Counted from the stretch's first letter, positions 50,699 through 59,858 are shown. The stretch is 64,000 bases of DNA from a candidate division FCPU426 bacterium (GCA_963796105.1 CAWCKJ010000010.1:1-64000); one strand, 5' to 3'. The notes: generated by a model not told the origin, from the letters alone. Program-made: numbers and translations.

Positions 50699-50737
50699 GA
50701 TTCAACCGGGACCTTGCCCGGAGACCGGGTTTGACAG

Positions 50738-51316
50738 ATGGGTGAATCAAAAACCTCGAGCCAAGGGTCGTCCTTGGAAGACCAGGAAATTATCCGGAAA
50801 GTCAAAGCGGGGGACCGGGAGGCTTTTTCCGCGCTGGTTGAAAAATACCACCGTCCCCTTTTGAACTTCATTTACCACCTTCTCGGAAACCCATCCATGG
50901 TGGAGGATGTGGGGCAGGAGGTTTTCCTCAGCGCTTACCAATCCCTCGGCCGATTCGACCCCGAAAGGGGGACGCCCTTCTCGGCCTGGCTATTCACGAT
51001 CGCCCGGAACAAGGTTTACAGCGAGATCCGGAAGAAACGCCCTTTTTTGTCGTTGGAGGATTTTTTCCACCTGCCGGGGAGGGGAAATAATCCTGAGGAA
51101 AACCTTCTTGAGAAAGAGAGGGTGGAGGCCATCAGGGAGTGCCTGAATATCCTGCCTGAGAATCACCGGCGGGCGTTGATGAAACATTTAGAGGGATTCG
51201 CGCAGATTGAACAGGCCCGCAGGGACAAGATCCCGGCAGGCACGGTGAAAGCCCGGTTCTTTCGGACGAAACAAGTTCTCAGGCTGATACTGGAAAAACG
51301 ATTCGGAGGTTTGTGA
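50738..51316 (+). CDS. ECF RNA polymerase sigma factor
   Basis: GDREAFSALVEKY, EDVGQEVF, FSAWLFTIARN, GTVKARFFR. Confidence 0.92.
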   Translation: MGESKTSSQGSSLEDQEIIRKVKAGDREAFSALVEKYHRPLLNFIYHLLGNPSMVEDVGQEVFLSAYQSLGRFDPERGTPFSAWLFTIARNKVYSEIRKKRPFLSLEDFFHLPGRGNNPEENLLEKERVEAIRECLNILPENHRRALMKHLEGFAQIEQARRDKIPAGTVKARFFRTKQVLRLILEKRFGGL

Positions 51317-51317
51317 C

Positions 51318-51491
51318 ATGGAAGAATTTAAGCCGTCGGAAGGTTTCGTAAGACTCGTCATGAGACGGATCGCCGAAACAGAGGAACAAGCTAAAAGGTG
51401 GGAATATAGTTTGCGCTATAGGTTTATCCGCTTGGCCCTCGCTGGTTCCGCCTTGTTGGGATCTGTTCTCATGGCCAATCCTTGCCACTAA
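51318..51491 (+). CDS. Small (57 aa) membrane protein, putative anti-sigma factor
   Basis: Not in ORF track; manual translation MEEFKPSEGFVRLVMRRIAETEEQAKRWEYSLRYRFIRLALAGSALLGSVLMANPCH; GGAGG RBS within ECF 3' end. Confidence 0.7.
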   Translation: MEEFKPSEGFVRLVMRRIAETEEQAKRWEYSLRYRFIRLALAGSALLGSVLMANPCH

Positions 51492-51602
51492 TCACTGAGG
51501 CAAATAAATCGACTTACTTTCATTTCGGTAACCGAATTTTTTTCAAAAGACCCCCTTTCCCCCCATCCTCTTGGTTGTAATTCCAATCAAATATTTGTAC
51601 TA

Positions 51603-53246
51603 CCTGAATTTTGCACCGAGTTTACCGATTCCGTGGCCAGATCGGCCTGAATCGGGACCCGACAGTGGCCATTTTCATCAGAAGTGAACTTATGTGCAAA
51701 GAATTTTTTGCACCAAGCCACTTCTAGGCCGCCCTGGGTCTTTCCAATCGTTTTCGATCAAGGTATTTGAGGAAACCCAATAGGCCCGCTGTCCTATCAT
51801 CATGGATTGAATACCTCACCACATCCCGATGGCCGTGATACTGGATTCGGGCGGCTACAAAGAGCATCTTCAAACGTGCGATCCGAAGGGTATGGTCCGG
51901 CATGGTGATCTGTTCCTTCTCCTGTGGCTTCTTTCCCGGTCGCTTTTCTTTTCCACAATGGCCCACCATTAGTTTCATCCACCTCCAGAGGTTGTAAGCC
52001 AGCATCACGATCTGGAAAAAAGCATGGTGGCTTTGGAAACTCTTAGAGGGAATTGCTAATAACCCCTCCCGTTGCGCCTCACCAATCAGGTTTTCCACAT
52101 CCGCGCGCAGGTCGTATTCCTCAACCACCCGATGGGGTGCTCCCAGACAGTTGGTCGCGAAGATTCGGTAGACATATCCTTCCATTTCAGGAAGGCTCAA
52201 TTGTTTCTCCCGCGCTTTTTCATCCAGCGTCCTCATCGCCACAAACCGGACTGGTTGTTGCCAGCCTATGGGTTGATGGACACATTCGTTGTATTCGTGT
52301 TCTCCATGGCGGTACCAACCCTTTTTCGTGAAAGGCGGGTCATGCCGCTTGTTCCCGAAGATGAAAGAAAACCCTTCTTTTTCACAGGCTTTCACGCTTT
52401 CCCAGCCGATCATTTCACCGTCACCGCGCACCAGAATCGTCCGGACACAGGACGGCAAGAGTCGCCGGAATTGTCTAATTTGGCGGGCCACTTCCTCAGA
52501 ACTAAGGGTGGTTCCGCGTCTTTGGGTTCCGCACAAATATTCCCGGGTTTCCTGGAGAAAACACAGAATGGGCCTCAGTCCCTTCTTGCCCCGGTGCTTG
52601 GGGTTGTATCCTTTTCGGCTTCCCTCGATATTTCCGTAGACCGTTGCGGTGGTGGTATCGATGTTGATCTCCACCTTCTTGGGGGCATATTTCACCTGTC
52701 CCCAAACCTTGGCCCGTAACGCCCCACTCAGATTCAGCAACGATGCCGACTGCCCGATCCCCAGCGACCTCAGGTATCTCCAAAAAGTTGTCACTACCGG
52801 CAACAAGGGAACCCGCAGTAAACCGCACAGCATGACCTCACCCCGCAGGTAGGCAAAATGGCCAAGTCTTTGGAACCCGATGAAAAGAAGCATTAGGATG
52901 CCGCTTACCATCCGGTAGTGGCCCAAATTCGGAAGGCGTTTAGGTGCGGCATAGTGTTTTTTGAATTCCCGCTCAAAATCAAGAAGGTCGAACATCTTCG
53001 CCAATGCCAACAATCCGCCAAAAGCTGTTAGGCGGTCTTCGCAAATACCTACGGGAGTATTGGCCGTAATCTTGGGCGCGATTCTCCCGTTTCGATTGGC
53101 TTTTTTCTGGACTTGCGGGTTTGATTTCTGAGGCGTATCTTGACGTTTCACCATCTGGGGGACCCTCTTTTAGGATGAGTTGGCTTCGCAACCCTTATCC
53201 TATAATGGTTTCCTAGATGGTTTTTTTATTAGGCGCAAAATTCAGG
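51603..53246 (-). mobile_element. IS1380-family insertion sequence
   Basis: Terminal IRs CCTGAATTTTGCACC / GGCGCAAAATTCAGG (14 of 15 match); 5-bp TSD TACTA. Confidence 0.92.
51724..53154 (-). CDS. IS1380-family transposase
   Basis: LTAFGGL, INIDTT, GYNPKHRG, VRGDG, YDLRADVENLIGE, LAYNL. Confidence 0.9.
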   Translation of the reverse strand: MVKRQDTPQKSNPQVQKKANRNGRIAPKITANTPVGICEDRLTAFGGLLALAKMFDLLDFEREFKKHYAAPKRLPNLGHYRMVSGILMLLFIGFQRLGHFAYLRGEVMLCGLLRVPLLPVVTTFWRYLRSLGIGQSASLLNLSGALRAKVWGQVKYAPKKVEINIDTTTATVYGNIEGSRKGYNPKHRGKKGLRPILCFLQETREYLCGTQRRGTTLSSEEVARQIRQFRRLLPSCVRTILVRGDGEMIGWESVKACEKEGFSFIFGNKRHDPPFTKKGWYRHGEHEYNECVHQPIGWQQPVRFVAMRTLDEKAREKQLSLPEMEGYVYRIFATNCLGAPHRVVEEYDLRADVENLIGEAQREGLLAIPSKSFQSHHAFFQIVMLAYNLWRWMKLMVGHCGKEKRPGKKPQEKEQITMPDHTLRIARLKMLFVAARIQYHGHRDVVRYSIHDDRTAGLLGFLKYLDRKRLERPRAA

Positions 53247-53290
53247 TACTAGTTATAGAGTTTCAATTTAATCCCGTATAAGGAGCAGTC

Positions 53291-54364
53291 ATGAATCTTT
53301 TTTCCCCTTTCAAACTAGGCAAGCTGGAAATCCAGAATCGAATGGTCATGTCCGCCTTGACCCGGTGCAGGGCTGTCGAGGGAAATGTCCCAAACCCCCT
53401 GGCTGTGACTTATTACACCCAGCGGGCTTCCGCCGGGTTCATTCTCACCGAGGCCACCCAAGTGACTCCCATGGGGCAGGGTTATCCCAATACTCCCGGT
53501 ATCCATTCCCCCGAACAGGTAAAGGGCTGGGCCAAGATCACCGACGCGGTGCATAAAGCGGGGGGGAGGATATTCCTCCAACTCTGGCACGTGGGCCGGG
53601 TTTCCCATTCGGATTTTCACGACGGCAAACTGCCGGTCGCGCCATCGGCCCTTCCGGTGGTGGGACAGCTTTACACGCCCAAGGGGTTGAAGCAAATTGA
53701 GACGCCCAGGGCCCTGGAACTTTCGGAGATACCCGAGCTAGTGGCGGCCTTCAAGAAGGGGGCGGAAAACGCAAAGGAGGCTTGCTTTGACGGGGTGGAG
53801 ATCCATGGGGCTAACGGATACCTCCTGGAGCAATTCACCAAGGACGGCACCAACCATCGAACAGACGCCTACGGGGGAAGCCTGGAAAACCGACTGCGCC
53901 TGCCTTTGGAAGTGGTGGATGCGGTCGTGAGCGTTTGGGGCCCCGACCGGGTGGGTTACAGGATCTCGCCTTATTTCGACCATTATTCCATGTCCGACTC
54001 GAATCCCGTGGCTACCTACACCCTATTGGCCCAGGAACTCAACAAGCGCAAGCTGGCTTTCCTGGATGTGGTGGAGGGGGTTTCTGGACCCAGGGTCCCA
54101 CCGGCGGGATCCACTTTATTGACGCCGATTGTGCGACAGCACTTTCACCAGGCCCTGATGGTCAATGGGGGCTATACCGCCCAGTTGGGAAACCAGATCA
54201 TCGAAAAAGGCGGGGCGGATCTGGTGTGTTACGGGACGCTCTTTCTCGCCAACCCCGACCTTCCCGAGCGGTTCAGGAAGAACGCTCCGCTAAATGAGGC
54301 CGATCCAACCACCTTTTACGGGGGTGCTGAAAAGGGTTATACGGACTATCCCGCGTTAGTGTGA
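53291..54364 (+). CDS. Old Yellow Enzyme-family alkene reductase (NemA-like)
   Basis: NRMVMSALTR, QLWHVGR, EIHGANGYL, RTDAYGGS, ANPDLP, FYGG..KGYTDYP. Confidence 0.93.
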   Translation: MNLFSPFKLGKLEIQNRMVMSALTRCRAVEGNVPNPLAVTYYTQRASAGFILTEATQVTPMGQGYPNTPGIHSPEQVKGWAKITDAVHKAGGRIFLQLWHVGRVSHSDFHDGKLPVAPSALPVVGQLYTPKGLKQIETPRALELSEIPELVAAFKKGAENAKEACFDGVEIHGANGYLLEQFTKDGTNHRTDAYGGSLENRLRLPLEVVDAVVSVWGPDRVGYRISPYFDHYSMSDSNPVATYTLLAQELNKRKLAFLDVVEGVSGPRVPPAGSTLLTPIVRQHFHQALMVNGGYTAQLGNQIIEKGGADLVCYGTLFLANPDLPERFRKNAPLNEADPTTFYGGAEKGYTDYPALV

Positions 54365-54476
54365 AAAAACTGGCATTTTGGGAGGCTTCTACCGGCATGG
54401 GGATGTCGCCTACTGGCATGACCGGCGTTTGTTACCGGCATGGGGATTGGTGTGCGCCCCAAACCTTGGACAGTTT

Positions 54477-55313
54477 TTACTCCAAGTTGAGAATAGGTTT
54501 TCCGGCGATTGGTTTGAGTGACTTTAAAGCCTCGAACTCCTCAGGCGGCATGTAGCCGATAGAAGAATGCAACCGTTTTTTGTTATACACCTCCTCGATG
54601 AAGTATGGAAGTCTTTGAAGCACTTCCTGATAAGTTTCGTAATTGAATAGATGCACCTCCTCATATTTCAAGGTTTTGAAAAAGGATTCCGCATTTGCAT
54701 TGTCGTAAGGGTTGCCTGTCCTGGACATGCTGATCCTTAATCCTTTGGACTCAAGCAGGGCCACGTAATCCCAGCAGGCATATTGCACCCCTCTGTCTGA
54801 ATGGTGGATGCATCCCGGAAGAGGATTCCTTTCCTCTAAAGCCATGCGTAAAGCCGAAAGCGACAACTCCCGATCCAGTCTCTTGGAAACCGCCCACCCG
54901 ATCACCTTTCTGGAAAAACGATCCAGAATGGCCGCCAGATAAACAAAGCAAGTGAGGATTCGGATATAGGTAATATCCGCCACCCACACTTGATTGACAG
55001 CAGTTTCTGCCACCCTTTCCAAGAGGTTGGGGAACACCGGCAGGTCGTGATTGGATTGGGTGGTTTGGATCTTGAACCTTTTCCCCCAAATAATAGGGTA
55101 AAGACCGTATTTCCTTACCACCCGCCGAATCCGTTTGGCGTTAATCCTTAATCCCTCCCGTAAAAAGTGGTGGTAGAGCCTCCGATAGCCGTAGTAGGGG
55201 AAGGTCAATCTCACCTGCTCGATTCGGTTCTTTAAGTCCAAATCTCTTTGTTCCTGAATCTCCGGTTCACTTTTAAGTGCAGAATAATAGGTACTTCGAG
55301 GAAGCCCCATCAT
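54477..55313 (-). CDS. IS3 OrfB (DDE integrase core)
   Basis: YGYRR, WVADITYI, HHSDRGVQY, DNANAESFFKTLK, YNKKRLHSSIGY. Confidence 0.93.
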   Translation of the reverse strand: MMGLPRSTYYSALKSEPEIQEQRDLDLKNRIEQVRLTFPYYGYRRLYHHFLREGLRINAKRIRRVVRKYGLYPIIWGKRFKIQTTQSNHDLPVFPNLLERVAETAVNQVWVADITYIRILTCFVYLAAILDRFSRKVIGWAVSKRLDRELSLSALRMALEERNPLPGCIHHSDRGVQYACWDYVALLESKGLRISMSRTGNPYDNANAESFFKTLKYEEVHLFNYETYQEVLQRLPYFIEEVYNKKRLHSSIGYMPPEEFEALKSLKPIAGKPILNLE

Positions 55314-55657
55314 TTGGCATCCTCTTGAAATTGAGCCAAATTCCTTGAGGTGATCACGGAGGTATCGAGCTTTCTCTGGTTTTCCGCGTATTTTTGGAAT
55401 TTTTTTAAAAGGTCTATCGCCATGATCAATTCCCCAATCTTGGCTTTGAGTTTCTCATTCTCTTTTTCCAATATTTTTTCGTGAAGGGAAGGTTTTTCAA
55501 CCAAGGTTCCTTGGCGATATTTATCGCGCCAACGGGTTATAACGCTTGGATTGAGCTGGTATTGACGAGCAGCTTCATTGAGCGATAGGCCAGTTTCTAC
55601 CTCGTGGACGACTTGTTCTTTGAAATCAATACTGAACTTCCGTCTTATTTTACCCAT
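55310..55657 (-). CDS. IS3 OrfA (HTH and leucine zipper)
   Basis: RRKFSIDFKEQVV, ARQYQLNPSVITRW, ENEKLKAKIGEL. Confidence 0.9.
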   Translation of the reverse strand: MGKIRRKFSIDFKEQVVHEVETGLSLNEAARQYQLNPSVITRWRDKYRQGTLVEKPSLHEKILEKENEKLKAKIGELIMAIDLLKKFQKYAENQRKLDTSVITSRNLAQFQEDAK

Positions 55658-56159
55658 TTGGAAATGCTCCTTTGGGGGGTTACCCCTTGAGCCGTTTCCC
55701 TATTCTCTATTTTTTGCTTCAACTGTCCAACTTGTAGGGCGCGTTCCAGATACCGCCTACCGGCATGACCGGCGTTTGCTACCGGCATGGGGATGCCACC
55801 TACTGGCATGACCGAAGTTTACTACCGGCATGGGGATGTCGCCTACTGGCATGACCGGCGTTTGTTACCGGCATGGGGATACCGCCTACCGGCATGATCG
55901 GCGTTTGCTACCGGCATGGGGATGTCGCCTACTGGCATGACCGGCGTTTGTTACCGGGATGGGGATACCGCCTACCGGCATGATCGCGTTTGCTACCGGC
56001 ATGGGGATGTCGCCTACCGGCATGAGCGGCGTTTGCTACCGGCATGGGGACGCTGCCTACCGGCATGACTGACTTTTCCTACCGGCATAGGGATAATCTC
56101 CTACCGGCATGTAGATTTCACCTGCTGGCAGAGCCGTCTCTTTGGAACAAGGGGTCGAT

Positions 56160-56286
56160 TCCGACAGGGCCTCCGACAGGTTGACCGGCCATTCCGACAG
56201 GGGCTCAGCCTTTCCGACAGGGCTTCCGACAGGCTGACCGTCCATTCCGACAGGGTTTCCGACAGGCGAACTTCCCTATCCGACAG
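56160..56286 (+). repeat. Array of eight TCCGACAG(G) motifs
   Basis: Starts at 56160, 56172, 56193, 56213, 56225, 56246, 56258, 56279. Confidence 0.88.
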
Positions 56287-56466
56287 AATTCATGGGATCA
56301 TGGGTGGATTTCATGGGGTCAACAGATTAGTTCTTGGGTATATGGGATTTGGAACCCCTGGGTCTTATTTTGCCTGCAATTGCCCTAAAAACTTCAGTAT
56401 TTCATGGGTTCAAGGCCAGAATTAACGGGGATAAGCCATTTGCTTTTCTGGTAACATGCTGGCCTT

Positions 56467-57510
56467 ATGGAAATCCTACTACTCAGACTCGACCGGATCG
56501 GGGATTTTATCCTAGGGATACCGGCTTACCGCGCCCTCAGGGAGGCGCACCCCGATGACCGTATTTCGGTGGTGGTCCCCGCTAAAGTGGCCGAACTGGC
56601 CGAAGCCTGCCCCTATTTCGATGAGGTCTTCCTGTTTGAGGCCCATTGGTTGGAACCAGGAGCCCCGCTCCTGAATCGTTGGAAATCCGCCTTGAAACTC
56701 ATCCGCTTCCTGCGCTCCATGCCTCTAGATATGGTCATGGATTTCCGATACCAAAGCCGTCTGGATCCCCTGGTGGCCGGCCTCTCAGGCGCCAAAATGC
56801 GGATCGGCTATAACCAGGGATGGGTCAGTTGGTTCTTGTCCAAAAAGGTTTCCCAGCCTCCCAAGGAATTCCACCAGGTGGACCGCAACTTGCACCTGCT
56901 GGACGCCATCGGCATCCAGGCGAAGGACCGGCACTTGGAAATATGGGCGGATGAAAGGGATAAGAAAACCGCCGAAAACCACATGCCTGCCCAGGAACTG
57001 CTTCCGGGAATCCCCACAATCGCGATCCATGTGGGAGCGGCAACGCCTTCCAAGAAATGGATGGAGGAAAGCTTTTCCAACCTCATTTTTGAGCTTCATG
57101 CCAACACCCAGGCCGACATACTGGTCCTGGGCGGGGAGCATGACCAGCCCTCCGCCCATGAGATAGTGGACGGCTTGAAATGTCCCTGCGTGAATCTAAC
57201 GGGAAAGTTGACCCTGCGCCAAATGGCCGCGCTGATTAAGGACTGCCAGGTCTTCATCGGCTGTGACTCAGGCTCCACCCATTTGGCTGCCGCCTGCGGG
57301 GTTCCGGTGGTCTGCTTGTTTTCGGCGGCCAATGAGGAAAATATCTGGAGGCCCTGGGGGCCCAAGGTGAAGGTCATGACCGCCCATCCTGATTGCTCAC
57401 CCTGCCGGAGCCACGAGTGCACCCGCACCGACGGCTATTTCTGCATGAACGAGATCAAGGTGGATGAGGTGGTGGCTGAGGTGAAGGCCCTGCTGACGGG
57501 ACAGGCTTAA
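56467..57510 (+). CDS. GT9 (LPS heptosyltransferase-like) glycosyltransferase
   Basis: LRLDRIGD, HQVDRN, KKW, NLTGKLTL, DSGSTHLAAA. Confidence 0.92.
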   Translation: MEILLLRLDRIGDFILGIPAYRALREAHPDDRISVVVPAKVAELAEACPYFDEVFLFEAHWLEPGAPLLNRWKSALKLIRFLRSMPLDMVMDFRYQSRLDPLVAGLSGAKMRIGYNQGWVSWFLSKKVSQPPKEFHQVDRNLHLLDAIGIQAKDRHLEIWADERDKKTAENHMPAQELLPGIPTIAIHVGAATPSKKWMEESFSNLIFELHANTQADILVLGGEHDQPSAHEIVDGLKCPCVNLTGKLTLRQMAALIKDCQVFIGCDSGSTHLAAACGVPVVCLFSAANEENIWRPWGPKVKVMTAHPDCSPCRSHECTRTDGYFCMNEIKVDEVVAEVKALLTGQA

Positions 57511-57529
57511 AAAATCAAAAAAATTCATT

Positions 57530-57564
57530 TTCACCACAGTGGCGCTTCGCGCCGCACAGAGGCA
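57530..57564 (+). repeat. 35-bp intergenic repeat, copy 1
   Basis: TTCACCACAGTGGCGCTTCGCGCCGCACAGAGGCA with GGCGC-TTC-GCGCC hairpin. Confidence 0.85.
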
Positions 57565-57673
57565 TAGAAAGACTTACACTAATTGGGGGAAAATCAAGAG
57601 GGCGAAAACCATGAATGGAAAAGAATTTATACTAGAACTTAACTCAAAATACCTACTGAACGGACGACAGCAG

Positions 57674-57771
57674 ATTCCCCCCTTTGAAAAATGGGGGGAG
57701 GGGGTATTAGCTTTTGTTGTGTAACACCCAGAGGCTAACTTCCCCTCTATCCCCCTCTTTCAGAGGGGGAA
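57674..57771. repeat. REP/MITE-like inverted-arm element, copy 1
   Basis: TTCCCCCCTTTGAAAA...TTAGC and GCTAAC...TTTCAGAGGGGGAA arms; related copy at 61444..61590. Confidence 0.75.
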
Positions 57772-57885
57772 GGTTATAAAAATCAGTAAACCGCAGGTGC
57801 TTTGTAAATAGGCATACGACATATTGTTCGTGGTTCGCCGAATAAACAAAATTGATTTTGAGATAAGATCTATTAAAACTCCATC

Positions 57886-57920
57886 TTCACCACAGTGGCG
57901 CTTCGCGCCGCACAGAGGCA
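57886..57920 (+). repeat. 35-bp intergenic repeat, copy 2
   Basis: Identical to 57530..57564. Confidence 0.85.
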
Positions 57921-57977
57921 CAAAAAGACTTTCAGCATCTGGGTGAAAACCATGAATGAAAGAGAATTTTCAGCTAA

Positions 57978-58616
57978 ATGAAAATCCATTTAATCATAAA
58001 AGCCCAATGGCTTATTTTGATCCCCCTTATTCTCCTGATGGGCTGTGGTTCCGATAAAAGGACCGCCTTGGATTATCTCCCCGTCGAAAAGGGGCGCGAA
58101 ACCAAGTTCGAATCCCTCGGCATGATGGAGGGCGAGAAAAACGTCATCCAGAGAAAATTCTCGGAGAGGAATGAAATCGCGGGGGGAGTCCTGGCGGTCG
58201 AGGAGCAGATTACCAAAGTTCATGGGGCTGAAAGCCGAAGCGTGAACACTTATGAGATTAAAAAGAATAAAGTGGTTCGGATTACCCTGGATTTCACGAC
58301 TCCCGAGGGATCGAGCCGCCATACCGATACGCTTTTCACTGTTTTTGAATTACCTGGAATATTCGGAAAAGCGACTTGGACCAACAAGGGCGGGGATGTC
58401 ACCATGAAATATTCCGCCAAGTACGGAAGCACCCAAACCGATGTTAAGAATTATCCGGATTGCCTGGTGGTGGATATGGAAAGCCAGAAAGTCAAATCGC
58501 CCGTTAGGTACCGGCAATATTACGCCAAGGATGTCGGATGGGTGAAAACCGTGAAGATAGATGAAAAGGGGAATGAGTTGATAGATCCCGCCAACATGAC
58601 CAGGGTCGAGCCTTAA
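57978..58616 (+). CDS. Hypothetical lipoprotein
   Basis: Lipobox LMGC; DYLP near N-terminus, YPDCLVV and YYAKDVGWVK near C-terminus. Confidence 0.75.
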   Translation: MKIHLIIKAQWLILIPLILLMGCGSDKRTALDYLPVEKGRETKFESLGMMEGEKNVIQRKFSERNEIAGGVLAVEEQITKVHGAESRSVNTYEIKKNKVVRITLDFTTPEGSSRHTDTLFTVFELPGIFGKATWTNKGGDVTMKYSAKYGSTQTDVKNYPDCLVVDMESQKVKSPVRYRQYYAKDVGWVKTVKIDEKGNELIDPANMTRVEP

Positions 58617-59167
58617 ACTAACAACAACTCATCATCGGGCGTGAGGAAACGCCATTTGCCCGATTCCACATCCAGGTTCAAGCCGCCGATCCTGATTCTT
58701 TTCAATTCAAGCACCTTCAAGGGTGTCTTGAATTTCGGGTCTTTCATGGTCCCGAACATCCGCCGGATGTGACGGTTCTTGCCCTCGCCCAGTACCACCG
58801 CCAGCTTGGTCTTGTTGCCCCCGCCCCCGATGATGGTGACCTGGTAAGCCTTAAGAATTTCCTCCGAGTTTTCCACGCCCTTCAAGGCCATTTTAATATG
58901 CTCCGGGGTGACGATGCCCCGAACCAGGACCTCATAGGTTTTCAAGCATCCGCCGGGTTGGGTCAGCTTGTCCGCGAGCTTGGTGTTGCGGGTGAAGAGA
59001 AGCAGACCCTTGGAATCTAGGTCCAGCCGTCCCACGGGCTTCCAGCCTTCGGCGTAGGCCCATTCAGGCAGGAGCTCATAGACGATCTTGCGGTCCTTTT
59101 CATCGGATCGGGTGACTACGTAGCCCTTGGGTTTGTTGAGCATGAAGATTTTAGGTTTGGTTTCCAT
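58613..59167 (-). CDS. RsuA/RluE-family rRNA pseudouridine synthase (no S4 domain)
   Basis: LNKPKGYV, VGRLDLDSKGLLLFT, EGKNRHIRRM, LKRIRIG. Confidence 0.9.
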   Translation of the reverse strand: METKPKIFMLNKPKGYVVTRSDEKDRKIVYELLPEWAYAEGWKPVGRLDLDSKGLLLFTRNTKLADKLTQPGGCLKTYEVLVRGIVTPEHIKMALKGVENSEEILKAYQVTIIGGGGNKTKLAVVLGEGKNRHIRRMFGTMKDPKFKTPLKVLELKRIRIGGLNLDVESGKWRFLTPDDELLLV

Positions 59168-59198
59168 GAGTTTTTCCTATTGAAGCCTGTTTTTAAAA

Positions 59199-59227
59199 TG
59201 ATATCATTATTTTAAAGATTGATATCA
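59199..59227. promoter_or_regulatory. Candidate antitoxin autorepression operator
   Basis: Two TGATATCA palindromes 21 bp apart directly upstream of the antitoxin RBS. Confidence 0.55.
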
Positions 59228-59238
59228 AGGAGAATCGG

Positions 59239-59484
59239 TTGAAAAAGAAGCGAACCATCATCAGCCTGGCGCCCGACGACAAGAAATGGCTGGACCAGGA
59301 AGCCAAGCAGACCCGCCAAACCATGACCCAAGTGGTGCGGGAAGCCATTCAGGAATACCGCGTGAAAAAAGAAGAGCAAGCCAAGCCGACATTCAAGGAG
59401 CTCTTGGAGCGCACCCGCGGAACCTGGCCGCACAAGGGAGACGCTTTGGATTATATCCGCAAAATCAGGGAAGATAGGATTTGA
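59239..59484 (+). CDS. RHH/CopG-type antitoxin (VapB-like)
   Basis: KRTIISL..DDKKWLD...MTQVVREAIQEY; overlaps PIN gene. Confidence 0.8.
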   Translation: MKKKRTIISLAPDDKKWLDQEAKQTRQTMTQVVREAIQEYRVKKEEQAKPTFKELLERTRGTWPHKGDALDYIRKIREDRI

Positions 59485-59858
59485 ATTCACTCGAATATTT
59501 GCTGGATTCGGTCATATTGATTGATCACCTCAAGTCTATTCGGGAAGCGGGTTTGTTTTTGGACCAGAACGAGTGGAAATGCGCCATCTCAGTAGTGACG
59601 CGGGCTGAGGTTTTGGTAGGAGTTCAAGATGAGGCGTTCCAAAAAGTCGGACAATTCTTGGAAAAGTTTCCAGTCTTGAATATTGATGCCGCTGTCGCGG
59701 ATAGGGCGGCTCGGTTGCGACGCCAATATGGTTGGAAACTTTTAGACTCATTCCAGGCCGCGATCGCTCAAATCCATTCGTTATCGTTGGTGACGCGAAA
59801 CACGAAGGATTTCTCGCCGGTACACCACACATTCGTTACGGTCCCTTACAAGCTTTAA
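59481..59858 (+). CDS. vapC: PIN-domain toxin
   Basis: LLDSVILID, TRAEVLVG, LLDSFQAA, LVTRNTKDF. Confidence 0.9.
   Translation: MNSLEYLLDSVILIDHLKSIREAGLFLDQNEWKCAISVVTRAEVLVGVQDEAFQKVGQFLEKFPVLNIDAAVADRAARLRRQYGWKLLDSFQAAIAQIHSLSLVTRNTKDFSPVHHTFVTVPYKL

Larger units (their letters stand above)
54448..55748 (-). mobile_element. IS3-family insertion sequence
   Basis: TG...CA ends, imperfect 28-bp IRs sharing TTGGACAGTT, 3-bp TSD GAT. Confidence 0.92.
54389..56131 (+). repeat. Tandem array of CTACCGGCATG cores with alternating 10/11-bp linkers, interrupted by IS3
   Basis: 3 cores before the IS and about 18 after; 43-bp higher-order unit. Confidence 0.92.

Noticed and set aside
54361..54555. 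Repeat array as a protein-coding gene coupled to the OYE stop
   Set aside because: The 43-bp unit shifts frame; with the IS removed the frame stops after about 48 codons
51603..55748. Composite transposon carrying the alkene reductase
   Set aside because: The flanking ISs are different families and each has its own TSD, indicating independent insertions
54389..56131. CsrB/RsmZ-like sRNA
   Set aside because: GGATG occurs, but the canonical ANGGA loop motif is absent and no terminator was seen
54389..56286. CRISPR array
   Set aside because: 11-bp cores with recurring 10-11-bp linkers, no unique spacers, no cas genes
54365..56466. Chromosomal oriC
   Set aside because: No TTATCCACA-type DnaA boxes, clear AT-rich unwinding element or dnaA seen
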